Below the pieces are notes generated by a model, which saw only the letters and a program-made list of their open reading frames with translations, did not search any database and had not been told where the DNA came from. A stretch of 63,431 bases of DNA, counting the filler, from Basidiobolus ranarum (taxonomy: Eukaryota): the NCBI GenBank assembly GCA_040143965.1. It is 6 parts of 6 records of this genome, joined end to end, with 100 filler letters (N's around TTAATTAATTAA, not from the genome) between each part and the next. Parts side by side here need not be neighbours in the genome. Positions count along the whole stretch, not along the records: positions 21,212 to 31,706 come from JASJQH010000700.1; positions 31,807 to 42,299 come from JASJQH010000701.1; 4 more parts are not named here. The stretch is one strand, 5' to 3'. The position numbers and the translations under genes are program-made. This document shows positions 22,436 to 34,479 of this stretch, one piece after another. The number at the start of each line of letters is the position of its first letter. Positions within the stretch are counted from its first letter, which is position 1.

Positions 22436-24975
22436 CTATTCCCAATACTCATGTCTTTAGTGACATACGAGTGTATGGTACTAGTACAGCTCTACCCCCA
22501 AGTATAGTGTAGTAGTTATTCAAAATGTTTACCAACTCTACAGCTAGTTTTGACATGTCAGCCACAGTAATCCAACAATCTCGTTCGCACTGGCTTTTGG
22601 AAAAGTCATTGTTATTCATTATCCATGATTCCTTGAGTTGAATCAATATCGATGATACATATGAGAAGTAAAGAAATGATCAACAACTGCAGGAAACTTG
22701 GTAATCCAATTCTACCACATAAATCGGCCATTGGGGTTGCTGCACGTTCTTGCTAAATGGCTTTACTAAAACTGTAGTATAGCATTTTCCAGAGCGGGAT
22801 ACCAATGTTGTTAAGCTTACCTGTAGCTGTAGATGTAGATGTAAATATAAAAGTGAGCCGAAGTATTATGTAGATAAATTGCTCAACAACAACTCTATGC
22901 ATGATCTCCATTTGGAAGGTGAAGTCCGATTTTTTACTATCACATATCTTTCAGGAAGCACACATTCTTCTATTCATAATTGCATACTTGTATGTATTCC
23001 GCATATTCTCATAACCCTCCGCCCATTGTGTAAACTCTGATTGAAATTCGAATATCCATAGCTTTTACTTTGAGAAGATGGTTGTAAAGCTAGTGATAAA
23101 CACTCATTAAGTTTAGACCATTACTCCTGATTGGAAGCTGCGGAACAAATAGCTTTACTATGGAAACTTCCTGAAGATTTGTATAGAGCGTCCATTTACT
23201 ATCAACCGAAAACTTGTTGTGAGTATGCATCAGACAACACATATTCCCGTTTACCACTTGCTATCGTTTAATCCCGCATATCTCAGGAAATCTATTTGGA
23301 ATCCAAGCGTATTTACATGTATGCACCCTGCCACTTACAACTCAGTACATTTCTTCTAATACTATTGTTCGTCATTGCGTGATTGGAGATACAGAGCAAG
23401 ATATATAGATTGACGTAGATTTATATGAATAATCCATTTAAACTTCTTGATATTAGGTTAATTGGATGATTTTATGGCTAGTGGTTGTGGTAGAGCTTAC
23501 AAGCATTGTAGGCATGATAAAATAGGGATGAAGGATACATGTACTCTGATGGTAGACTATATCTTGATCAGGTCAGTTCTTATAGTAGTAAATTTGTTGA
23601 ATACTGATCTTTGGGTGTACTCCGAAAGATTCACCCTCCATTACTGAGATATAGTAAAGATTACATGTTCACTCATCCAACTATCTGTGGGAGAAACAGA
23701 GAACGAGGATTACATATGATGGTACACTATCCAATATTATGAAAGTTAATGATTTCGTTTAGATGGCTGTTGCTTTTTATAAGTCTGAATACTTACCGTC
23801 ATCGCTCTATAATAATTACGAGAGTCACTGTCAATCTCAAGGGAGCAAGGTTTGCTATGGATTTCACCAGGTTGATCAACAAAATATTTTCTTGAATATC
23901 TAGAAACATCTGCTGATTCAAATTGTGTGAAAGGGAGTATTCCGTTGGGTTGATCTCTTAGATGCTCAAGAGCCGGCCGATGGTATCGAACAAATAGCTT
24001 AAGAGGAGGTCAGTCATGTAGTTAAATTGGGAAGTCGATGTAAATCACGAATCAATGATTGAACGGTAACCCGTAGCCTGTTTCTGCCTAGCCAAACTTG
24101 CAAGTGCATGTCTTTGTATATCGCTCATATGCATGCTCAGAATTGAATTTTCTTAGTTCCACATCACTATATATATATATACGTGTCAACCATCGCCTTT
24201 TTAATATCCTACGCATAAAACTCACTCAAACATTCATAAAAGTAGTCCGATTGATTAGTAATATGTAGCATCCGTATTGTGAGATTCACATTGATTGTCA
24301 AGGTTAAGTACAAATATGTATAGAGATGACATCAACAGTATTTGGTCAATCTGACAAATGGTCCAGCTTATATTCGGATCAAACATTTACTAGTGAAGAG
24401 CAACTTCATCTTAGCGGTGTAGCCCTCAATGGTTTTGATTGAACTTGCCGTCAGGATATACACTCCATCGAGATACGTGAACTTCGCGCAACCATATAAA
24501 AGTATTCTTACTCTTGCCATTTTATTACCGTATAGAGGGACGGTTGATTCTATGGATCCTGGATCAATTGAGAACGCAGGAAAGGGATTCACAAGCTTAA
24601 CTGCTTGAGTAGAGCAAAGTATCTGCAACATCCGGTGAATCGATAGCTAATAGAACAATGTGGCCAATGCATGCCGAAGAGAGAAAGGATTGTGGTGGGT
24701 CATATACTCTACAAACAGTCGATTACAAGCGAGAAATATATTCAATGGAATCAAATTCCTCCGAAGTTTGAATGGATATGGAGCGAACGAGGTAAAAAGT
24801 AGTGAGAATTTTCCTTCCACTCATCCCTCCCATTATTCTCCAGCAGATGAAAAGTGTCGATTATGATTCACCTCATACGCGCATATATATAAGCAACCTT
24901 CTCCCCCACTTCTTGCTGAGAATTATCAAAGTACTTCCCTAATTTTAGTCAGTTTCGTCTTCTCTTTTGAAAATC

Positions 24976-25968
24976 ATGTTCTTCCCTAGTCGGTATCTAC
25001 TTGTTGTTAGCATGCTCGGTAGCTTGAGTTTGGCACAAGATACTGGCGTCAATATCTTGACAGAGTGTACTAAGCCTGGTCTATTTGCACTCACCTTCGA
25101 TGATGGTAGGCTTAGATTAGTCGTTCGTTATCCAATTTTGGATACTTCTTAACTGATTTCTCAATGTTGTGTAGGACCAGGACCAGCTACGGGAGAATTA
25201 CTTGGAGTTTTGAAGAAGAAGAAAGTCAAGGCTACATTTTTCTCGCTCGGGGTACAGGCAAGAGATATTAATTTGGGGAAATACCTAAAGCAAGCATTGG
25301 ATGATGGTCATCAAATTGCCTCTCATACTGATCGACATCTATCTTTAAATACTCTAACTGTTGAAGAAATCCAAGAGGAAATGAAGATGGCAGATAAATC
25401 CATCAAACAAGCAACAGGTGTGATCCCAACATATATGAGACCACCTTACGGGGATTGCAATCCGGCTTGCCAAGAAGTAATGAAAACTATGGGGTACCAT
25501 ATCGTGGCTTGGAATGTGGATTCGAACGATTGGCAGTACGTTACCACACCTGAACGCTACGATTCCTTGGTTAAAAACATAGTTGAAAAAGTGAACCATT
25601 CAAACCCCAAGGTGGATAGCTTTGTCTCTCTACAGCATGATATTCATGATTTTAGCATTGAAAGAACCGCTAAAGTCATCGATGCTATTAAAGAGAAAGG
25701 CTATCAATTCACCACGGTTGCTGAATGCTTGGGAAATCAATGGCCCATGTACAGAAATGCTACCATGGCCAAATCAACAGTATCTATGGAGACAACCAGT
25801 GTACCCACTCCCACGACATCGACGAATTCAGCCAGCATCATTGTAGCTCAGACAAATGCCCTCAAATCGACACCATCCAACAACTTAACTAGCGAAAGTA
25901 ACCATTTGAATAGTTATTCTCACTTTTTGTGGTTGGTTGTGATGTGGTATTTTTTCTACCAGAACTAG
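24976..25968 (+). CDS. Chitin deacetylase (CE4/NodB), probably GPI-anchored; exons 24976-25105 and 25175-25968
   Basis: Spliced ALTFDDGP, HQIASHTDRH, MRPPYG, DSNDW and LQHD; signal peptide, Ser/Thr-rich tail and hydrophobic C-terminus. Confidence 0.95.
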
Positions 25969-26444
25969 ATATTCATCCATTTTGTTTACTATCAATACTC
26001 TCTTGAGTGGAGAACTCAATCGATTCACCGTTAGAATACCTGGATGTACACACAACCAATACCTTCATTCAAATATTCACTTTGTTTTTATTCATAGAAT
26101 GAATTGAAGAATGAACAGTCTATCTCAAATATTCCCATAAATAAGACATATGCACCTTTCCATTCAGGAGAACGATTAAAGTTATTATTCTTTCCTTGAG
26201 CTTTAAATTTTTCACTTGACATTCTACGAGTACCAGTAAGGTGCCCAAGGAACCAATTATCACGTAACGACGCTCGTTACAGATTAGATAGATAGATTTC
26301 TTGTTCGTGGACAACTATATGGCCATTTCACATTATGTATAGTGTCAAGTATAAAATTTTTACGAGGTTTTTCGATTATATATTTTTATTTCTAATTAGA
26401 GACGGCAATATATATACATAAATATACCATTGATTAAAGGTCCA

Positions 26445-27788
26445 TTAGTTGTTGATGGCCTTGATGATTTGTTTCCAATCATCCTCACTCAAGAGCTCGG
26501 GATACTTCTCCTTTAGAGCGGGAATAAGAGTCTTAAGAGATTGTTTTTGCTCAGGAGCAAAGCCATCACCAGATGAAGAAAGAGTAAGGATAAGGAACAA
26601 AGTCTAAGTGGAGAAATTGTATAGAGTATGAGTAGATTGAACCTATGGTACTAAATATATGATAAAATAGATCAAACCTTCTCTACGATCATTTCATTAT
26701 CTTGATCTTTTTCGGTACGTCTGATAACATCGCCAATAAGACCAGATTTCTGAAGATGTGCATAGGTAAGGAACTGTTGTTGAACCAAAGAGTTCAGCAA
26801 AAAGATGGTCTTGGTAATCAATGAAACATCATCCTCTTTGTTAAGAATATCCTTCAAGACTTGGAAGCCACCTTCGGCTGTGAAAATTTTAAAGCCCTCA
26901 GGGAAGTGTTTGATCAGACCTAATCAAAAATGATCATTAATAAAGAACATTCCATTAGCAGCTAAATAGCATTGCCAATTACCTGAAATACAGTACAGAG
27001 CCTTGGAGCGAACAGCATTATCTGTATCTTCGCGAAGAACACGAAGCATTGGTACTAAACCCTCATTGTCCATGAACTAAAACAAAAACAAAACAGTGAG
27101 TAAAAATTACTTCAATAGTCGTATCCAAGTCAACTTACTGCTTTCTGAGCTTTGGGATTGTTCTGAAGAGCAGTTCCACAAACCCAGGCGGCGTTCATAC
27201 GAAGAGAAGGATGAGGAGAATCAAGAACCTCAAGTAAGGGCTTCCAGAGGCGAAGATTTTCTAGATCTAATTGCAAAGTAAATTCGAATAAGATAAACGT
27301 TTTTTACTCGGTGACTGTATACAAGGATACATACTCATTGCATTATCGATCCCTTCAATAAGCTACAAAGATGAGAAGAAACTTTTAGTATGATTGTTTA
27401 CTAATTCAAAGGTTGCGGAATTATTTTTAAGTAGCATACCATTTCCAAATCATCAAAAGCAATTTCTTTGGCCTCCAAAGGGGTCTCGGCATCCTTGATG
27501 GCAGTCATACATTCTAATGGATAAAACTAAATAAGTCAAAGTTCACTGAAAACTCCATTGACCTCTGTAGGTACCTAACATTCTGGTGGCGTCGTCTTTA
27601 CCCAAGATGGCATCAATAATACCCGGATCCTACACAAAAATCATATTAGCTAATAAGTTCATTTGGAGTATCGATTCCAATGAGTAACTCCTTACAAGCT
27701 TCTGCATTTCAGAAGGAGTCCTTGATGAAGGAGCATCTTCACTTTCGGTAGCTTGGTTAACAATAGCCCACTGTAACAGTTTGTCCAT
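26445..27788 (-). CDS. FES1: Hsp70 nucleotide exchange factor Fes1/HspBP1 (about 8 exons)
   Basis: Exon translations MDKLLQWAI, AFDDLEM|LIEGIDNA, AAWVCGTALQNNPKAQ and VRSKALYCIS; GT-AG introns. Confidence 0.93.
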
Positions 27789-27897
27789 TTTCAAAGAAAG
27801 ACCAGTATATGTTCTAAAAACTAAGTGTTCAACGACCTAAGTGCTCCTTTTAATACCAAACCCAGCCCGCCCCCCGTATTCCAATTTTTTTTTCCAA

Positions 27898-27935
27898 TTT
27901 CCAGATTTCTCCCGAATCCTCTGGAAATTCCTCGA
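27898..27935. promoter_or_regulatory. Imperfect heat-shock-element-like cluster upstream of FES1
   Basis: Clustered TTC/GAA units (ttccagatttc...gaatcctctggaaattcc) 110-150 nt upstream of a chaperone cofactor gene; not a perfect HSE. Confidence 0.3.
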
Positions 27936-28564
27936 TTAATGACTAATTGATTAAGATCTGTTTGTTTCGCTGAATTTAGAAAGAAAAAAAAAGAAACAGA
28001 TTAAACAAAACCATAACTGATTTTAACTTGCTTAAATCTAACACGTCATAACTATCAAATCATCAATGCTCAACATTACTTCACCGTCATATCGAATCAA
28101 AAGATCCATGTAACAATCATATCAAAGCAGGCTCTGCACAAAATTCGAGGAACTATTTCGCATGATTTAAATGCAGTTAAACTATTAGAGATACAGATCG
28201 AAAATCTTCAGTAAACAGATTCACAGTACAACCAGAAAGTTCGCGAAATTTCAGTAAGTTGAAATTGCGGTTGATTAAGGGAGCATTGAGAAAAGTAAAC
28301 TGTAACTTTCTCTCATAATGACCCCTGACATTTCAAATTTTCCCCTTCGCTTGCAAATTTAACCATCGTTGGGGTGTGCCATTATCATTCGGATAATTGA
28401 ATCTAACGATCTATAGAAGCCCCTGTAAAATAAATATTTCTTTAAAAAGACCAAGATTACGAAGGATATTGAGTGGTTTATTCGATGGAGCAATTTTCAG
28501 AATGATAATGAACGTAAATGCTATTCTGTTAATTCATATTCATAATTAACTTGTCCACGATAAT

Positions 28565-29380
28565 TTACCATGCAGTGGACTTGCTACTTTTTGGGTTGCG
28601 AGCTGGTAACATTTTGAGAGTTCCTTTGTTGTAAGGGACGGTGTTGATGACAACATTAGTATTCCAGCCCTTCTTTTCAAATGACTTACGGGCATTCTTA
28701 TTCTTAGAGTCCCAGCATCTGTTCCACTTACAAACACCAAGACGATCGCCCCAGCCAATAGCGCAAACTTGTTTCTTTGGATTACGAGCATCACCACCTT
28801 CGAATGCGGCTGGTTGCTTGTTTCCCTTGGGACCACCTTTAACAATGATATCGGAGCAAGAGTAGAAGTCACCATGACCTTGAATTGAACCATACCAAGA
28901 CCATTGCATAGTCCACTCGCCATCACCCAACCATTTTGGAATCTTGATTGCAGTGTTACAACCTTTTCCGCGAGTGCCTAATTTGTCATTGTTGGATTTA
29001 CCTTGACCGGAGCAACCAACGCCAGCTTCGTAGCAGGAGTATTTATGGACGTTCTTGTTAAATTCATTGGCACTCTTGGATTTCTTGGTTTGGGCGAAGG
29101 CTAAGCGAACAAATCCACCAGGATGATTGTTTCTTGCCCAAGAAACCTTGATCTCGTCCCCTCTCTTGTAAACCTTACGCTTATTAAGTGGGGTGACCAC
29201 CGTGGTCTCGCAAGGACCATAGCATTTCTTAGGATTGGAGCCAGTGAATGTCTTACCATCCAAGCGGCACTGACCGCGATCAACGCGTGGGGCAGGGTTG
29301 GTCAAATAGGAATGACTTTCGACATTCCCAATACAAGCTAAAGCTAGTACCGCCAAAGTAAGATAAACTTTTCCAAACAT
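28565..29380 (-). CDS. Secreted histidine-brace, LPMO-like copper protein (family unassigned), Lys-rich and intronless
   Basis: Signal peptide ends ...VES|HSYLTNPAPR (His1); second His in RNNHPGGFVR; WTMQWSWY and FYSCSDIIV match the LPMO QWxW...YxxCxD pattern. Confidence 0.8.
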   Translation of the reverse strand: MFGKVYLTLAVLALACIGNVESHSYLTNPAPRVDRGQCRLDGKTFTGSNPKKCYGPCETTVVTPLNKRKVYKRGDEIKVSWARNNHPGGFVRLAFAQTKKSKSANEFNKNVHKYSCYEAGVGCSGQGKSNNDKLGTRGKGCNTAIKIPKWLGDGEWTMQWSWYGSIQGHGDFYSCSDIIVKGGPKGNKQPAAFEGGDARNPKKQVCAIGWGDRLGVCKWNRCWDSKNKNARKSFEKKGWNTNVVINTVPYNKGTLKMLPARNPKSSKSTAW

Positions 29381-30289
29381 GATGCTCCTAAAGTATTATG
29401 AATAAAGTATGAAATAAACTTCAATGTGCGCTGCACAAATTCGATATGATAAATGAAAGAGACGAAGATGTATGTATTTATACGAATTCAAGGTTTCGAC
29501 TTGGTATAAATCCCGAATTTCTACAAGTCACTTTGAGTTACAGTAATAATTCTAGTATCACCTAGGGAATATACATTTTCGCGAAGATAAGACCGGATCG
29601 AGCGGTCAAAGACACCATTCATCTTGCGATGGGTACTCTTGACAATAGAGACTCACTTGCATTGCTCATCCTTAAAACTCTTAAACTTTCCGTGGGGTCT
29701 CAATATAACGCGCTCACCATTGGCTTACATCATAATTTAATATATTTAGAATCAAATCTTAATCAGAGAAAATCTTAATTTCAGTCACAGCATTAAGGTA
29801 ACGTGAGCGTAATTTATTGAGTTTTTGTCACCCGTGAACTGGTGTAGGTCTTTTCATTAAAAGGAAGTGGCTCAAAGCCATCCGGCATCAGCTAGCCTAA
29901 TATGCAAAGAGGTGGGAGTACCAAGGGAGAATCTCTTTCAGTTTTGTCCGAAGAGACCTCAAAGCGACCCCGTTGATTTTTCATTCACACATCGAAGACA
30001 AAGTATACTAATGCATGTATGTATGAGTTTCACTGGGTTGATCTTATCATTCTAATTCAAGATATCCACTGCGATCAATTTTATCTGTCATAACTACTAT
30101 TCAGCAGTGAAGGTCAGAATCATGTTAAGGTCCTCTGTGCCGTCGCCGTCATACAGCATTTAGCAACAAGGGGAATTTGTTCATAATGTCGATAATCCCA
30201 CTTTCCTATTATAGTTCAATATTTGATAAATACGCCGCAGAAACGACGGACTATTGGATGATCAGGAGAATGCGCCCACAATGGGCAAG

Positions 30290-31105
30290 CTATATATGGT
30301 AATTGGTAATTAAAACTTCAATTCCAGATGGTTTGATTAAAGTAATAGGCATTTTCCGTAAAGCATTGACCTAAATGATCCCTTTGTCGAAAACATCGAC
30401 ATGTTTGAACTCACTGAGGAAGAGAATTCTTAATATACTAACATATTGAAGGATAAACCGGAAGACGATACAAAGGTTAAGGAAGTTTTTATCAACCTGC
30501 AAACTTTTATGAAGATCGACAAGGAAGAGGAAGAGGAACAAGAGGAGGGAGAAACAGCGTACTTAAATCCTGAAGAAGCATTGGCTGTAAATGAAAATGC
30601 GCTCGAGTCTACGACACGGAGAGATGGCTATCGCTCCTAAACCAACGAACAGATAGCAAGGTTCATTTCGCTTGTCAATTTTGAAGGTTGCTCGAGAAGA
30701 AAGGCTGCCATTGTAGCGGGTATCAACCTCAGAGCAGCCTGTAACTACTGTAATCGATACATCGCTGATGAAAAGGGCAGAGAAGGGGCCGAAACCTAAC
30801 GTTAAAACAAGTTCACACAAATCATCTTCTGAACTATGTTGAAAAAAACCCTATAACCGTCTTGGAGGATATCAAGGATGACCATTGTGCAGCTTTTGAG
30901 GGTCTTACGATTGGTAAAACAGCACTACACAATCATTTGAAAGAAAAGTGCGACCTTCCCTCAAAAAACTGGAGAAGCAGAAGGCAGCAAGAAAAACCAA
31001 ACGGATCCTGGACTTGAGACGTGAGCGTATTTTTCAGTGAGAGGCTATGCCGGATATGGATTTCAAAAGAACAGTGTTTATCGATGAAGCTGGCTTCCAT
31101 CTTCT
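30290..31105 (+). mobile_element. IS630/Tc1-mariner transposase relic, ending just after the first catalytic Asp
   Basis: HTH-like text KAAIVAGIN, then VEKNPITVLEDI...IGKTALHNHLKEKC...VFIDEAGFHL; stops and frameshifts. Confidence 0.85.
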
Positions 31106-31517
31106 ATATATTATTCCAAATCAACATATTAATAATATATTTCAAGAATCATTCAATGTTATGAATGAGAAATATTCATGTTCCTATTGATTAATTAATA
31201 TCAAGTCTATATGATGATAATATTTAATCAGAAGGAGACATCTCTCCATGATCTGTATAAGATAGATAACAGATATAAGGAGAACTATAAAGAAAAAACA
31301 TAGACAAGTCCAAAAAAGTGTTGAACACAACTATCCTGCCATATTTTAGGCAGTGGTCCAATGTGCTTATGTCTCTGCCCCTAAGTGACACCGTCATTAA
31401 TAGGGCCACGGTCACTCCCTTGCATTCCTGAGACAGATAAAGAAATTTAGCCAATCGACTAATCTCAAAGGGAAGCTATTTATTAATGAAACATTCAGAA
31501 ATATATCACATCAGTTA

Positions 31518-31706
31518 TCATTTAGAGCTAGACTGTTTTTGATGCCACGCGAACGCCGTGTTGATAAAGCTCCTGAATTCAACCGCGAGGTGTTCAGCGT
31601 GTTCATCAAAGAATACTTCAGGTGCCGCGGCAGGGAATAGGAGTCGCAGGCGGAAGTCACAACCTTCTTCCGAATCCCGAATCTCCTGTAAGATGTAGAA
31701 CAGAAC
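31518..31706 (-). CDS. C-terminal 62 aa of an unidentified, GC-rich protein (rest lies beyond the contig end)
   Basis: Frame open from the contig edge: VLFYILQEIRDSEEGCDFRLRLLFPAAAPEVFFDEHAEHLAVEFRSFINTAFAWHQKQSSSK*. Confidence 0.6.
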   Translation of the reverse strand, partial: VLFYILQEIRDSEEGCDFRLRLLFPAAAPEVFFDEHAEHLAVEFRSFINTAFAWHQKQSSSK

Positions 31707-31806
31707 NNNNNNNNNNNNNNNNNNNNNNNNNNNNNNNNNNNNNNNNNNNNTTAATTAATTAANNNNNNNNNNNNNNNNNNNNNNNNNNNNNNNNNNNNNN
31801 NNNNNN
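31707..31806. other. Artificial contig-join linker
   Basis: N44-TTAATTAATTAA-N44. Confidence 0.97.
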
Positions 31807-31813
31807 TTTTGCA

Positions 31814-31964
31814 AGATCTTGAAATTTCACTCCTGAAACTGAAAAAATTGATTAAAATCAAATCTAACTTGACAATTTTATGATGGTAAGTAAATGGTCA
31901 ATCCCAAATGGATTAAAATTGTGACGGATTTCCTACAATAATAATCCTCAAATTTTGGTTAGGG
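31814..31964 (-). repeat. Terminus of a probable DNA transposon (5'-CCCTAAC...), inverted copy of 42149-42299
   Basis: About 150 bp, with about 9 mismatches to the reverse complement of the other contig end. Confidence 0.9.
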
Positions 31965-32680
31965 AACAATGCAGAAGACTGCAAGTCCAGAACTGGATCT
32001 GTGTTTAAGCTAGCAGTTACAACAAACTGTTGCATGATCAACTACAGAAGCAGAATATATGGCAAGCTCTATAGCTGTTCAAGATGCTATATGGCTAAGG
32101 AGTCTTCTCAACAAACTAGGATATGATCAAGTTAATTCTACCCTAATATATCAAGGTAATATTAGTTGTATTCAGATCACCAAAATCCTGATGATTGCTT
32201 GAGGATAAAACATATTGACTTAAGACATCATTGTATACAAGTGAAAGTCCAAGAGAAAGAAGTGAATTTTATCTATTGTAATACTGAAAACCTGCTTGCA
32301 GATATACTAGCAAAACCACTCAAAACTTGATGCTTTAAAAAGTTAAGAGCAGGAATAGGCATTAGTTAATATAAGCACAATGCAGAACAAGAATTCAGGG
32401 AAGGTGTAGGCTAATTAATCTTCATTTAACAGCATAGTTTACTTTAGTAAAGGTACATATATCAGAAACACCAAGCTGCATATCTATAGCTCCTATTTTC
32501 TAAATAGGAATATCTCTATATCCATATACAAGTATGTCTTATTACCCCCACTTGGCTATAATATCTTATTACACAAACTTCTGAATATCTCAAACAATTG
32601 ATTTACTTTTCTACTATATGAGTCACCATATACTCTTAAGAATAAAGTAACTAAAACCACTATCATAAGTTGCTCCTAAT
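31965..32680 (+). mobile_element. Copia RNase H 3' end, PPT and probable LTR (second family)
   Basis: KSRTGSVF, TTEAEYMA, KHIDLRHH, ENLLADILAKPL; purine tract followed by TGTAGG. Confidence 0.8.
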
Positions 32681-32699
32681 ACACAAAGTCTACACCCAT

Positions 32700-34250
32700 T
32701 GTGTCAAGATCATCCAACATAATCGCTTCAGAAGGGGATAGTGGATGGCTGGACTGCTCATCAATCAAGTCTTGTGTATGTGCTGGATTTTTTCTTTTCC
32801 TGCCAGTAGGCTGTTGCTAGAATGGTTATCTAATGTGCTTCAGATAGGTGACTATTTTCTTGAGGCTTACATCATTGTATATATTGCAGACACACTGACT
32901 ATTAGTGAACTTGAAGGTGTTTGTGGCCACAATGCACCATCTTGATGTAGATTCTGTCAGCCAACTTGAGTTGACACAACCAGGCATACACAATAATGCT
33001 ATCCAATATGCTACTTAACCCAAAGATTTTGCTGTCAACAGCCTGGTTGTACTTTGATATGCACACTGTTGTCAATTAACCAATCTGTCAGTCTAACATC
33101 CAACTTAGGATTATCCAAAATCCTAAGATTAGATTCTCAAAGTAGACTAGCTGATGCCAGAGCTTTCCATTGGATACTTTGAGTTTATTACTCAATAATA
33201 TTCCAATATTAACTCATCTGTAGAGTGCAGAGTTCAATCTGATAGAGCTGTACAAGATACAATTAAAGATTTAATCAATTGGGAAAATGCCTGCAAATGG
33301 CAAGATACCTTCATAACTTATTACAACTCTCTTTGACATCACCTCATCCAGGAATTTTTAAGTGCAAGGGCTGGGAGTATTAGATTTGTATATACTTATG
33401 TGGAATCTCAAAAAGATTTCTACCTGACAAGTATTGGCAACATTGGAAGTTGTTTTTGTATGTTGTTTAAGATATTCTTTTGGCATCAACCCACATTGGC
33501 AAATTTCAGACAGATGCAGCTACTATGCAAAGATTCTGTAATTGGATACAAAGAACTCAATTACAGGCTTAAACAAGATAGACTTAATCTATGCCAGTAT
33601 TCAATACATTCTCTGCTGCATTTTTCACAAAGCTTAGAGATCATATGCCCTTGCTATATATTCTGGGAGCTCCCAATGGAGCATACCTGTGGTGAAACAA
33701 TGCTCTGTGTGAAGTCACTGATATTACCATGTTCTAATCTGATTAACAATATCTGCAAAATCAGTAATGACTGTTATGCAGTTGGATAAGGCAACTCCAC
33801 ACAGTGTTAACCTGCCAACACATGGCTATTTTCAATGTGCTCATAGACTTTTCCATACTTGCAGCACAATAACAGCAACAAAACCGATTCCATGAAAACA
33901 GAATAAATACCTGTGTCATTTGCACTATATTTTTCCTGTAATATTCTGATAGCATTTCCCAGAAAGCTCCAAGATGGACTTCTTGGTGAGATAAATGAAG
34001 GGACTTGTTCCCTGAGATAGGGCCAGATTGGCAGATTCACTCTTCTCAAGCACAACACCATCCAAGGACAATCACAATATCAATGGTTTGCATTATGCTA
34101 GATATTTTGATGGTATGAAGATGGCTTCTTGTTGGGTTATTCAATTTCTTACAATTTTTGGCAAAACTTAAATTTGAATGCCAAATTATTAGGTTTACTG
34201 CTATGGGAAATTGGATTAATATGCAAGCCTTTGCTTAGATATTTAAGGCT
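32700..34250 (+). mobile_element. Degenerate CACTA/EnSpm (CMC) transposase
   Basis: IADTLTISELEGVCGHNAPS*CRFC (D.PA...GH...CxxC) and SIHSLLHFS...CPCYIFWELPMEHTCG (H.LLH...GP...W.FPMER..G motif). Confidence 0.75.
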
Positions 34251-34479
34251 TTGTATTCCAGCCATAATGAGAATAATAAAAACAAGAAACCTGTTGTGTT
34301 AGCCTCTACATATGCACTTACTAGACTGATCAGATATAACTCAGCAACATCCATCTGCTTGGCCAGCACACTGATGGTAGAAAAATTGCTAAACATCTTA
34401 AGTTTGAATCATACTGACATCTTGCAAATGGCTGACTCTTGTTACCATTGGGAATGAGAATAAGCTCTTGGATTTTGGC

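Noticed and set aside
28546-29341. Alternative-frame and antisense ORFs overlapping the LPMO-like gene
   Set aside because: Explained by the codon bias of the real 271-aa gene; no independent features
31959-31964. TTAGGG/CCCTAA at the repeat termini as telomeric sequence
   Set aside because: Single hexamers only, facing the contig interior, with no tandem array
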